Below, piece by piece: positions 1 to 16,090 of a DNA stretch of 64,000 nt. This DNA comes from Eledone cirrhosa (lineage: Eukaryota): assembly GCA_964016885.1 (NCBI GenBank), contig OZ024746.1, forward strand, positions 67,394,001-67,458,000, given 5' to 3'. Below the pieces are notes generated by a model. The model was not told the origin of the DNA. It did no database searches and worked only from the letters and a program-made list of their open reading frames with translations. The position numbers and the translations under genes were made by a program. How positions within the stretch are numbered: position 1 is the first letter of the stretch; each line of letters begins with the position of its first letter.

Positions 1-123
1 CGCCGTAAGGATGAAAGGCAAAGGTAAGCTCGGCAGGATTTGAACTCAGAATGTAAAGGGCCGCTACACTATGTTGCGAATCATGGTGTCTGACGCTCTA
101 CAGACACTGCCAATACCCCGCCC
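1..123 (-). mobile_element. tRNA-derived SINE family A (Deu/Nin-domain-like), truncated by window edge
   Basis: Reverse complement of the GGGCGG...CTGAGTTCAAATCC...CTTTGCCTTTCATCCTTACGG motif seen in many copies in the window. Confidence 0.85.
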
Positions 124-2386
<2,263 letters not shown>

Positions 2387-2387
2387 G

Positions 2388-2606
2388 GTGAAGGCGTGTG
2401 GCTGAGTGGTTAGGGAATTGGATTCGCAATCGTAAGGTTGTGAGTTCGATTCCTGGATCAGGCGATGCGTTATGTCCTTGAGCAAGACACTTTATTTCAC
2501 GTTGCTCCTTCTACCTGGAGTTGCGACCGATAGATAGTATTAGCAATTGGAAAGACCAACGGAAAGATTGTTCCCTCGGTCCGATTTGACGAAAGTCGAT
2601 CGTTCC
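2388..2606 (+). mobile_element. tRNA-derived CORE-type SINE family B inserted in (TA)n
   Basis: A box TGGCTGAGTGG, B box GTTCGATTCC, CORE-like GTCCTTGAGCAAGACACTT; four more near-identical copies in the window. Confidence 0.85.
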
Positions 2607-2632
2607 TTTATAGATATATATATATATACCTG

Positions 2633-2679
<47 letters not shown>

Positions 2680-2710
2680 CTGTGTATATATATATAGATA
2701 TATATATCTG

Positions 2711-2746
<36 letters not shown>

Positions 2747-3337
2747 GTATATATATATATATATATTTATATGTATATTATATATATTTATATGTGTGTG
2801 TAAGTGAAAGTGTATATATATATATATATATACATATATATGTGCGTGACTGTGTTTTTAATAAGAGTGGAATCACAGAACTTTTAATATTTGTAACTTC
2901 ATATTAGGACATTTTTTTTTTTTGGCGACTTAAGACAGGATGCTAACTGTCAATATATTGTCAGAAGTTATTCTATTATCGCAACATTTAAATGTCTTTC
3001 ACCCTATAGATTGTTTTCTTCTTTATTTTGAGAAATGATGTCCCTTAAGATTTTAAGAATTTAATGTCAGTGCGTGATGACTACATCTGACAGTTACAAG
3101 CTTCTCTCTTTTTATTTCTCGTGATTAAATATGTTCCATGCCCGTAGCGCCAACAATTTCGTCTGTATAAATTATATAAATATAAATTTGGCTTTCACAT
3201 GACTATTTTTGATGTCGTCCACTTGGTTCTATGTACAAAAGAGATAGCTTCAGCCAACTTTCTATGTAGAAGGTGACTTTTAATATATCCATCAATAGTG
3301 AACATCATTTAATCGATTGGTGTATATTTTCTAGGTG

Positions 3338-3391
<54 letters not shown>

Positions 3392-3393
<2 letters not shown>

Positions 3394-3690
3394 GATATTA
3401 AATAAATGGAAACTATATTTATAAAATCATATCTATTTCATTATATATATTTCAGGGATATCATATTAACAATATGCTATGCCTTCCTCAGACAAAATAC
3501 AATATAGACAGTTTTATAGATAAATAGATTTGACATACCGTTCAACATCGACTTGTATTTGAAAAGTTGATATGGCAGTGAAAATTGTAAACAGAAAGAA
3601 AGAAAGAGAGAAAGAAATACTTGTTGAGTGCTTTTATATCAGTTATAAATATTTACTAGTTGTAACCCAACAATTTAAATATAACTTTCC

Positions 3691-3692
<2 letters not shown>
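3392..3692. mobile_element. TA-inserted PLE-type inverted element, family H1 (HHR arm on -, tail on +)
   Basis: Homologous to 21240-21670 and 57923-58502; both ends abut (TA)n. Confidence 0.75.
3435..3498 (-). ncRNA. Type I hammerhead ribozyme motif (H1)
   Basis: attttgt-CTGAGGA-aggcata...atatccct-GAAA-tatata-TA-atgaaat; stems I, II and III all pair. Confidence 0.75.
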
Positions 3693-3734
<42 letters not shown>

Positions 3735-4956
3735 GTGTGTACGCGCGTGCGTAATGGTTTCTGCAAACACACACACACATACATGCCCATACACACACAC
3801 ACAATTAATGTGAATTTTTGTACATGTGTGTACATGACTTTCTAACTGCAGCAAATATGAATATTTTACTGAATTAAATAAGCTGTGAAGTCAAAGATGT
3901 TTTTTGCATGTTCTTATCATCCTCCTGTCAAGAAAGAAACTTTGGCTTTTAATACCTAGATACTATCGAGTGTCCGCGTGTCGATGGATAAACTGTATTA
4001 CAATTGGTACATGTTTCAGTCTCAACGACGGTAGACTTCTCAGCTGTTTCAGTCATTTATATGTTTATTACTGATTCATATCCTAACAGCTATTCATTGA
4101 ATTGGGGTGGGGGTCCATTCTGTAGGGAAGAAACGTCGTTTTATTAAATCACATAAACTGCAAAATGAAATGAGTTGGTGCGAATCTGTTTTATGAGCAT
4201 GGTTTATAATGTGGTTTTCTCTTTTCATACATTTGTATACACTGATAAGTACGTTGCGGAACATACGTCCATACTTAGAAAACATATAACCCCAAAATTT
4301 CACTCTAGTTCTTAAAACCAGAGAAGTAAATCAGCGGATGTACTTCTAAATACATTGTCTGAAGCAATGGTGACGAGCTAGAATATCTGTACTCAGATAT
4401 CAGCTTCATCGGGATTGACTAGAGTTAAGCAAAGGAACAAAACCGATATATTTTTTAACGTCAGTCAACATAAAAACTGCATCAATTCAACTCTATATGA
4501 ATATCAATGCGTGATCATTCGATCTGCAAGAATATTAGATGTCAAATCTTATTCATAACAACGACATCATATTTTAAAGGAAAAATACATTCGCTAATGT
4601 GGTTCTAGAAATATTATGCTCGACAAAATACCAGAAAATTAGTTTTCTTATAGAAATGATCAATCAAGATTAATCTGGTGGTAGACAACAGCAACATATT
4701 AACATGTGCATAGATTCCTTGTCTCACTATAATAATCAACTTTCAAACGAAACAAGTATAATCGTGAGGTGAAGTGGTTCTTCTAGTGGGTCTCCCTCGC
4801 AGTCCTCTGGAGCAAAGTAATCTCCATCCTATCGGCTGGAACCTACAGGCCGTGGATAATTTCGTAAGAATTCGCTGGATTTGACAAGGTAAAGGATACT
4901 GAACTTGTCGCACCACTAAAATAAATTTTAGTTATCTCTCTCACTCTCTCTCTCTG

Positions 4957-4987
<31 letters not shown>

Positions 4988-5152
4988 CCCCTTTCTCTCT
5001 TCTCTCTGCATTACTCTAACTCTCTCTTTTCTATTTCCTCCCTTACTATATCTCATTCTTTTCCTTTCTCCCTTATTCTATCGCTTATTAATATTTCCTT
5101 TAGTAACTCTCATTCAATCTATCTTTCTCCACAACTCTTTCATTTTCCACCA

Positions 5153-5155
<3 letters not shown>

Positions 5156-5222
<67 letters not shown>
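5156..5222. repeat. (CT)n microsatellite
   Basis: Directly visible. Confidence 0.95.
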
Positions 5223-5226
<4 letters not shown>

Positions 5227-5607
5227 TGCTATAATCTCCTTTATCTTCAGTACCAATACTGTACTAGAATAGATTCACTTCACTACACCTGCCCCGTTAT
5301 AAATTAAGCAAATGATTTGACGCCTGGACTAAATTCATTTTATATTATTATACGGTTCTTTAGATTTTTCGTTTCAAAACTAGCTAACGATTAACGTATT
5401 ATTGTTTATTCTTCCGCCATATATGACTGTATATTTAATTACAATTCCACCAGTTTCCACCAAATATTTGATGTTCTAACGATCTAAGAAATCGACAACA
5501 AAGGTCTGATTTTCTGAAAATGGTAGAACGCTTCTTTACACTAATGCTGGTAGCATTTGACTTGTTTCGTCTCTAGTGGTTAACATAATCCATTATTTAA
5601 TGTTTTA

Positions 5608-5792
5608 GGGCGGTGGATTAGCAGTATCGGTAGAGGGTCGGACGCCATGCTTTCCAGCATAGTTACGTCCCTTTACGGTCTGAGTTCAAATCCCGCTGAG
5701 TTTAACTTTGCCTTTCATCCTTACGGGGTCGATAAGATAAAGTACCAGTAATGTACTGGGTAATTGATGGCCTTGTGCCAAAAGTGGAAACA
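5608..5792 (+). mobile_element. SINE family A, short-tail variant, with 16-bp TSD
   Basis: TSD ATTATTTAATGTTTTA at 5592-5607 and 5793-5808. Confidence 0.9.
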
Positions 5793-6065
5793 ATTATTTA
5801 ATGTTTTATAAAAATAAGGCTCAATGAGGCAGTCTTTACATGGTCAGTAACTGAGGTTGAAATAACAATCAAATCTCTATCTTAAATCCAACGAATGAGA
5901 GACGAAGAAAGAAGCACCCATTATGCAATCCGATATGAAGTTGTTGTTTTTTTTTTAAAAAAAGATAGTCATGGCTGGAATGACGTTTATTATATGTATC
6001 CTCGATTGGAGATGATCAGGATCAGCCATGTTCTTCTAAGGAGGAAAACTACTCTAAGATAATAT

Positions 6066-6284
6066 AATGGTTTCTTATATTGGCACAAGGCCAGCAATTT
6101 GGGGGCAGGGGGAAGTCAATTAAATCGACCCCAGTGAGTGATTTGTACTTTATTTGATCAACCCGTAAGGACGAAAGGCAAAGTTAACCTCGGCGAGATT
6201 TGAACTCAGATCATAAAAGGGCCGTCACTCTATTCTGCAAAGCATGGCCTCCGACCCTCTACCGATACTGCCAATCAACCACCC
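6066..6284 (-). mobile_element. SINE family A, long-tail variant
   Basis: Family motif; flanked by near-direct repeat TCTAAGA(TA)ATATAATG. Confidence 0.85.
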
Positions 6285-7355
6285 TCTAAGAATATAATGA
6301 TGAATATAATAAACTACTCTAATAATATAATGATGTGTTTACCTGAGCCGTGCAGACTACATCAGTAAGTGAAATGTGAAACTCGATTTTGGCCGAAATT
6401 TATGAGATTTTTTTTTGGGGGGGGGGGGGGGGGTTATAAATGTCTCACATTTCCATTTTTATTCTTCAATAAATTTAAGACACTATACCGATAAAAGGAA
6501 TCGATATTAATATATTCAAAACGCTTTCAATTGTTATATATCCGTTTATTAAGAGAAAGAGCAATATGTTGATATTGTCCCCGACTTTAAATCAATCTCT
6601 CATTGTGAAACTATGAATGAAATTTTTAAATATCTATATGGAATTCCTCTGTTTATTTCAGTGTCATATTTATTGCATCATTTAGATTTAACCATATATC
6701 ATAACAATATCTTCGATCACTTAGATAAGATCTTGACTGTTTCACAATAACATTGAATCGATATTAAACAATCGAAATAATTGTGTGACTGAATATTCAT
6801 ATATACTTTATTTTGAAAACTTGTTCATTGAAATAAATAATTTTCTATTGTAATATCTTCGAAAGAAAAAGGTCACACTGAAAATCGTCACGTGAGAATT
6901 ACGATTTGAAAGCCTTTAATTATATATTTACTTCATCTCGGATGGCCTAGTGCTAAACAAAACGTATACACCAACTAGATAATACGTGCACACTCCCCTT
7001 TCTAAATACGTGGTTAATGGTCTTGATCTTCTAGTCACAAGTCAGATCTGATTTGACAGATATATGATTAACAGATTTCAAGCCATAAACATTTCTTATT
7101 TTTGTATAGTTATGTCAACATTGCCAAATATGTTCTTCGCTTTTTAGCCGTAATTTCCTTGTGGCATTATCGATGGTTTCATAAACAGAACTGGAGTAAA
7201 CTGGTGGTGATTTGTATCCGGATAGGAGAAATGTGTCGATCAATGGAGAACGTCTTCATGGTCTCTGAATCTGATACAGTTGACAGCTAAACTTTCCTTA
7301 ACTCATAGTTATCGTCATTTAAAAAAAAGTGGATATATTTCATTCAAGCAGGAGA

Positions 7356-7412
7356 AAGAAGAAGAAGAAGAAGAAGAAGAAGAAGAAGAAGAAGAAGAAG
7401 AAGAAGAAGAAG
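7356..7412. repeat. (GAA)n microsatellite
   Basis: Directly visible. Confidence 0.95.
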
Positions 7413-8186
7413 AAAAAGAGGGGGAAGAAGAAGGGAGGACGAGGATGACGAAGAAGAGGGGGACGAGGAGAATCACAAAATCAACAACAGTATCACCACC
7501 ACCACCCAAAACAAGAACACAAATAAACAAGAGGAAGCAAGGGTGCGAATGGGTAAACGGAGAGTAGAAGTAACGCCAGAAACAGTAGAAGCAGAAGAAA
7601 CACAAAGACTGGAAATGATGAAATATGGTTGCCTTAATGGTTTATTTGAATTTATAGATATCGTTGATAAGCAATGGGAATTAAATGTTGATAACGAACT
7701 GTCTGAATCAAATGTAATACATCAAATACATGATGAGATGTATTCAAAACTATAGGATATTTCAAAGAGAATCATACAATAAAACATTGATCGTTGATGA
7801 TAAGTATTGTTAATGATTTAAGCTAACGTGTGAATCATTTAACAGGCAGTAGAAAAGTCAAGTTCTTAGAAATACTAGTCAATTCTTCCTCAAATTACAT
7901 TTTTATATACCAAAAGTGGAGCATGCCAAAGACAGTTATCTTTGCCGTTCATCATTCCAGGCTCAATAAAATGCGAGTAGTAATCAAGTAAATGGGTCCC
8001 TCCTTCCCCAAATTAAATGACATATCTTAATTTGTTGTGAAACTCATCGCTCAGATTTCAAATCAACACATTTGTCATCCTTGATAAAATTAGTTCGGAT
8101 AATGTAGGAGGTCGATTTAATTTAATCTACACATTTAAATTATTAGGCTAATGTAAACAATTAAAATTATTATAGTAGAACAAGTG

Positions 8187-8538
8187 AGGGCGGTGGATTG
8201 GCAGCGTGCTCGATGCCATACTTTGCAGCTCTGAGTTACGGCCCTTTATGATATGAGTTCAATTCCCACCGAGGTTAACTTGCCTTTCATCCTTACGGGG
8301 TCGATGAAATAAAGTACCAGTAATGTACTGGGTATATTGATGGCCGTGTGCCAAAAGTGGAAACAATTATTTAATGTTTTATAAAAATAAGGCTCAATGA
8401 GGCAGCCTTTACATGGTTAGTAACTGAGGTTGAAATAACAATCAAATCTCTATCTTAAATCCAACGCACTGGGGGCGATTTAATCGACTTTCCCCTCCCC
8501 CCAAATTGCTGGCCTTGTGTCTATGTAAGAAACCATTT
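8187..8538 (+). mobile_element. Chimeric SINE family A insertion with captured genomic flank
   Basis: TSD TAGTAGAACAAGTG at 8173-8186 and 8539-8552; internal ~8280-8466 matches ~5700-5893. Confidence 0.85.
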
Positions 8539-8846
8539 TAGTAGAACAAGTGGAAATGTTCTGTGGAGTCGAAACTATGACGTAGTTTCTATCATCACAG
8601 TTCTCACATAAGGATAATTAAGTTGGATAAAGAATGAAGATCACAATATCGTTTTTGTATTTACTAATATAGTACTTCCTTCTAAAACTTAGAAAATATG
8701 TTCTGATTGAGTGGAGCCTCGCAATTAGGCTTTGATACACAAATAATATAATTACAACAAAATGAATAAATGAAAATAAAATATAAAGTAAAAGTAACCG
8801 TTATTACGATTGTCATCACCATCTTCATCATCATCATGTGTCTCAT

Positions 8847-8889
<43 letters not shown>

Positions 8890-9018
8890 CCTATACATAT
8901 ATATAATACATATACCTTTATATATTTAAAGTAAAAAAACAAAAACAATAACAAAGAGTGCAGTCCGAACCGTGTTGGTATCAGGATATATATATATATA
9001 TATTTCTCTCTGTCTCTC

Positions 9019-9138
<120 letters not shown>

Positions 9139-9856
9139 GAGTTAAAATCACAACTTTCACCAGTATAAAGATATTTACATTCCTACTTCTATCTTTATAT
9201 ATCACAACTCATTTATACGAATTATCTATAAAGAAATTATTAAATTGAATATTGGCCTCTTTCCAATGTAGTTAATTCTAAATAAAAATTATTCGCCGTC
9301 GAGTTTATTTAAAGTCTATTCCGAATTATATATATATTTATATAACACACGTTTTATCTCTGCAGGCAGAACAGTTGTAAGACGCTGTTTTCTTAATCTT
9401 TTAAGATAGAATTAATTCAGCATACAGACAAATTAGTAGAATTGGGTTTGCAGATACCTTAATTCTCACCGCGAGATTAAAATTGCAGATTATTAAAAAA
9501 ATAATGCTGATGTTGGGGTTTTTCAAAGCATTGAATTAAAAAACCCAACAAACTTTTGCTGTTGGGGTTCCTTAATAGTGGTTATAGTGTATCATTTATG
9601 GTACATTCTGGCTCTTGCAGTCCCAGTTAACCTTAGAGATGTATATATATAGTATATACATAAAGGTCTTTTAATATTCAGGTATTAATGCTAAATAGTG
9701 AGTCTTGTTACTCTGGCGTTTATCACAAGGTCATCAAACAAATACTTCTCTTGTCTCTAACATAAAGATATATTCATCTATTGAGCCCTTTATAGATGAA
9801 TATATATATATATATATGTATATATGTATATATATATGTATATGTATATATGTATA

Positions 9857-10245
<389 letters not shown>

Positions 10246-10316
10246 ATATATATGTATGTATATATATATATATATGTATATATATGTGTATGTATGTATG
10301 TATGTATGTATGTATG

Positions 10317-10344
<28 letters not shown>

Positions 10345-10347
<3 letters not shown>

Positions 10348-10590
10348 CGACCATAATGTAGTGGGTTCGGTTCCTGGACTGGGTTCCATGTTGTGTTCTT
10401 AAGAAAAACACTTTATTTTACGTCACTCCTGTGTAGTCATCTGAAAATAAGTGCCCACATTATGTGGGGTTTTAACCCTGCAAGGGACTGTTTTCATGTC
10501 CAAGGGGAGGTTTTGTCGTTTCAGTCACTTAACGCCAGAGAAACCTGGAAAGGCACCGGCCTAGTAAGTCTCAGGGCTCGGGATAGACTT
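10345..10590 (+). mobile_element. Degenerate CORE-type SINE, 5'-truncated, different tail
   Basis: GGGTTCGGTTCC B box and TTGTGTTCTTAAGAAAAACACTTTATTT CORE-like segment. Confidence 0.6.
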
Positions 10591-11850
10591 TAGACTTTAG
10601 CTTCTTACTTCAATTAGTTCATATGAATCAACAACAGAGTATAGTATTTTCTAATGTTTTTTATCATTTAAATAAACATTACGGTATTAAAATGTTAACG
10701 TATTCTTCCCGTTCAATCTTCATTTCAGCATCAATGAAAATTATATATATATATATATACATATATATACATATATATTTTAGGGCAATATTGAAACATA
10801 ACCGTTCTTAGCCATTCAATATACCAAATCAATATGTGAATACATATACATTATAATTAAGATTATTTTACACTGTTATGAGACGATTCAATGTTAAGCA
10901 ACACGTTGGTGATTTCAAAATAAACGCTAAATAAAATGACGATTATGTAGAAGAGAATAATCGAATGACTAACTATTGTCAGGAGAATTAGAACAGTACG
11001 TGATAAAAATGCACTGGAAATGTATGTTGCTGCTAGTGTATTATGAACATTCTATTTTAATCAATTCATATGGATTTGGTTTGATTGGACATGCTCATTA
11101 TTTACGTCGCCCAATTTCAGAGGAAATTAGTAATTGCATTGTTACTTCCTAAACATTTTGGCAAATATCTTTGCCAACAACTATCTGTCTAGAAAAATAT
11201 TGAATAACATTATCGTAGACATATATCTAATTCAGAATATACCATGCATATGCAGTAACTTTAAGATATATTTCTTTCAGTATATTTATAGACACGCATT
11301 ATGAAATTGTACTCTATGTACTCTAAGATTGTACTCTATGTAATTACTTATACATCAAATATGGAAAGTAGTTAGAGTGTCGGTTTAAAATATTTCTTGA
11401 TATCTGTTCTACCTCTCGCTGTGCTGTGTTCCAATCCCACCGATATCAAATTTGTCTTTCGCGGTCAGAAAATATTTTCTTAGTTTAGAGCAATAGGCTT
11501 GAAAAGTTGTTGGAGCATCGAGCGTGATGTCTTGTGGTATAATTTGTGGCCATTTGCATTCTACTACGACGTCAATTGGTGACAAATTGTATCAGCCCTT
11601 GACTTTCTGTTGAACAACAGCGGCAACGTGGAGAAAGGAAACTCAGATGTATGGACGACTGTTTGTGCCTTGGAGACGATTGTTGGTGCAAACTTATGGT
11701 CAGCTATGATAATGGTTAATCTCTATTTACAGAGTGGATTTCATAGATCTTTTACGAATTTTTATCTCTTTGCATCAGCTACAGAGCAAATTCATCCACT
11801 TCTACACTCACACACACACATACACACGCACATAAACCCATATGTAGGTG

Positions 11851-11898
<48 letters not shown>

Positions 11899-11939
11899 GA
11901 AATACACACACATACTTATATGTATATGTGTGTGTGTGT

Positions 11940-12412
<473 letters not shown>

Positions 12413-12599
12413 GGGGATTAATGTTAGATAACTCGTATCAATGCTCATATTATAATATATAGACACATCTATACAGGTGGAGTTTCGGCGAGGAGTTTCA
12501 CCAGATGTATATAATAACTAACTAGGGATGGTCATCCATATTCGGATTTGACCACAGCTGATTGCTTCCAGATTGAGCGAAAGGCGGATGGAGAGAATG

Positions 12600-12945
12600 A
12601 TAAATCCGTCAAGAACTAGAGTAGTACTTTCTTTATCCACATCGATAGGATGAACGGCAAATTTAGAATTTTAACTCAGATTAGAGAGTGCCGAAATGAA
12701 TACAACTAAGCATGCTATCTGAGGCTGTAACAAGCCTGCCAATTCGCCGCATCTAATAATTGTTTCTACTTTTAGCACAAGGCCAGCAATTATCCTAGTG
12801 TATTACTCGTACTTTATTTTATCGACTCCGTAAGGATGAAAAGCAAAGTTAACCTCGGCGGCATTTGAACTCAGATCATAATGGGAGGTAACTCTTTGCT
12901 TCAAAGCATGGCCTCCGGCCCTCTACCGATACTGCCAATCGCTGC
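12600..12945 (-). mobile_element. Two tandem SINE family A copies (older 12600-12750, younger 12757-12945)
   Basis: Family motifs GGATGAA..GCAAA and TTTGAACTCAG. Confidence 0.7.
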
Positions 12946-13439
12946 ATATAATAATAATGAGTGGTGAGAAATGAATCTTTAGGCGAAAGAAATGTTTTCA
13001 TTTTCAAATTATGCTTACTAAAATTCTAGCGGCAATTATCAGGTAAGGAATACCATATATGCCTACGTCATCCCCTCTCACAATTAAGGAGCTAGATAGT
13101 AGGGTTGTATGTATTATTTATTTGGCACTAGAAGCCACATGAATGGAGGCCCTACTGTTAAAGAACTTTTAGTGACGATGAATAAATGTACATCTTTTTT
13201 TTTTTACATTATCATGTTTCCATGTATGGTAAATCCATTATGTGAGAAATAAAATATCTTAGCCAGTGATCAATTGGCATAAGAAGCAGCACTACTGCTT
13301 TGCAATCTAATTGTGATTATTTTAATCACAGCTGCGACCGTTTAATGGAGTTTTAAATATTACTGCATTAATCTTTTTGACAAAGAGTTTAATGAGCAGG
13401 TGTCGTGTTTAAGCGCAACAAGGAACGCTTATAATTGAT

Positions 13440-13640
13440 TTTTAATTTAACCCAAGATCAGCAACTTTGAGGGAAAGAGAATGTTGATTAAATCAATACT
13501 AGTACCTGAATGGTATTTTATTTTATTGACCCCAGGAGGATGGAAAGGCGCCGGATTTAAACTCAGAATGTAAAGAACCAGAACAAGTATTGAAATGGCC
13601 TTTTATCCGATACACTACCAATTCACTCAATCCCCGACCC
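13440..13640 (-). mobile_element. Degenerate SINE family A
   Basis: TTTATTGACCCCAGGAGGATGG...GGATTTAAACTCAGAATGTAAAG. Confidence 0.65.
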
Positions 13641-14975
13641 TTAAGAAAAGCTTATAATTTATCAAATTTATTGTATAAATAGTATATTGTGTACTTAACC
13701 ATTCCGTCGTCAGATAATTAAAGTCAACTTGACAACAAGGGAACCTCTGGCTTGTAGTTTGATCTCTTAGAAATATCAGTAATATATCCTCCTCATAGCC
13801 TGGTGTTTAAAACAATGTAATTTTAAATATGCAAAGCAACGGCAAGATCAGTGATAACATTCTTCAATCAGAAATGGACATGAAGTGGGATGAACTGGGG
13901 CTAAATAATAACCATAAAAAAGCATATTAGAATCTTAGTAAATGTTATAATTACAGCTATATTTTCATAATTTATACCAAACTTGTTAATTTAGACAAGA
14001 GGTAAGACCTCGAAATATAATTTCACTCAACTTAATCTGATAATGTATTTGTGAAATACATGGAAACATAATGTTCAATTCATTACAAAATACACGGAAT
14101 GTGTGCCTCGTTAAGAGTAAAGCATTAGGCATACCCCGTTTGTTTCACGTTGAAATGTCTTCACAATAACAAAAGCAATAATAATTATTAAAAAAAGCCT
14201 AAAAACAAAAGAAAAGTTACAATACTTTCTGTTAAATGATTAATGGAATCAATTGTAAAGCTCTCGTTTGATGCTAGATTTGCAGCCAACGAAATAATTA
14301 TCATTTTATCCTCATTAATTTGACTACATTCTGAAATAAATTATGTTTGGTCGAATACACTTTCTGTGAGATAAAATGTAATGCAGTTATCCGTATCTCT
14401 CCGACTATCAGAAGTAGTTAAAGCAATGAACTCCTAATTTTTATGAATATATGCCGCCAGTTTTTTGCTCAGAGATGGCGATCGTTTCGAGCTATACGTG
14501 ATATAATCTTATCACTGTGTTTTGCAGATATCAAAACTGGTAATTGTCTATACTAAACCAATAACGTTGTAAGTGACTAACAGTTCTAGTAAAAATTAAG
14601 TAAATTTCACTAAAACTCACCTTATAAGTGCCCAAAAGCCTAGAAGCGGATTAAATAACAATGTTTAATAGAGATGTATAAAATGGTCTTGTTTTGTGTT
14701 TTTGAATCAAGTATACACTGCCCAAATACAGCTTCTTATTTCCACAATCTTTATGAATAAAAAATGAGACACCGATGTAAATATATTGTAATGTTTACCA
14801 TTTTCTTCTGCAATGGAATAGTGCCAGTGAAGAAATATAATCGTTTTATTTACGACAAAATAACTATATTTCAGTTATAAAGTTATGCTGCTTGAATGAT
14901 AATTCAAACATACATGAAGTTTTTTAGGAAAACATCCACACACAATATATATATATATATATATAGATAGATATA

Positions 14976-15738
14976 TATAGCTTAAAGCTTTCTCTGTTAA
15001 TGTATTAAATATTATACTCTTGATTTGGCCAGAGATGAATATTTCCAGATACCTATTAAGTGTAACTTTCCGTATTTGTTATTTGTATGAAATATTGATT
15101 GTTATTCTGGTATCTTATCTCTGTTTTTAGCCTAAGAAAATACCTATATGCGTGTATAAATAATACATACATATATTTATTTTTTTTAAATCTAATTGAG
15201 TTCTTCACACGCAAGGTTAAAATTATTGAAAGAATTAATTGACCCGCGTGCATATTATTTTATTTTCTTATGTTTTGCGATGACCTCCCCTTTCCGCTTG
15301 ATGACAGTGTGAAATTTCTCATTCTGAGACTGCTGGAATTTCAAATTTGGCGGTCATTCTGACACGGAAGGGGGCCATCGCTGAACATTGGATATCGGTA
15401 AGAAAATATTTTTTTTTTTATATCGATGTTTGACGGGCATCCACTGATGATTTATAAGTGCCCACCTACATATATTCCTACGGACTATGTGTAGGCTTCT
15501 ACATAACCTGGACATTATTTTCCCAACTTGTAGAAAACTTATAATGAAACAATTGTTTGGAAAGGGAGATGTATTTTAATTATGTCTCATATAAAATAAT
15601 ACAACTGGCTATCCGCAAAATACATATAGTTAGCACCCCAAACGTAAAATTAGGATTATACTAAGGTATATCCTAATGTTTATTGAGTGAGATGGAAGCC
15701 GGTCAGAGTATAGCTTAAATCTTTCTCTGTTAATGTAT

Positions 15739-15744
<6 letters not shown>
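14976..15744. mobile_element. ~700-bp insertion between 36-bp direct repeats, with imperfect terminal inverted repeats (possible MITE)
   Basis: TATAGCTTAAA(G/T)CTTTCTCTGTTAATGTATTAAATAT at 14976 and 15709; ends TATACTCTTGATTTGGC / GCCGGTCAGAGTATA. Confidence 0.45.
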
Positions 15745-15805
<61 letters not shown>

Positions 15806-15815
15806 TATATATATA

Positions 15816-15960
15816 CCGCATTTGGGTAGTAGAGTGGGTAATAGGAAAATGTTCAATAGGAAAATGTTCAAGAACTCAAGCCGTTTCGACGGCTATTTCC
15901 AGAAATAGCCTTCGAAACGCCTTGAGTTCTGCCGTCGGGGTCTTGAACATTTTCCTATTA
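15816..15960. mobile_element. Family H2 inverted element in (TA)n
   Basis: AACTCAAGCCGTTTCGACGGCTATTT / AAATAGCCTTCGAAACGCCTTGAGTT. Confidence 0.7.
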
Positions 15961-15982
15961 TATATATATAGAGAGAGAGAGA

Positions 15983-16090
15983 AATAAAAATTAATTTGAA
16001 GACTAAAATCCAAAGAGGGCTCGATAAGATCCCATTAAGGGTGAAAGCAGCGATTCTTTGCTTAAACTTTAATCTGTTATTTTAATAAAT
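15983..16090. mobile_element. Family H4 element (tail on -, partial HHR on +)
   Basis: Homologous to 33402-33610; AAGA-tcccattaagggt-GAAA-gca...tgc-TT-aaac. Confidence 0.6.

Noticed and set aside
7543-7755. Protein-like short ORF after the GAA repeat
   Set aside because: No recognisable domain or supported splice structure.
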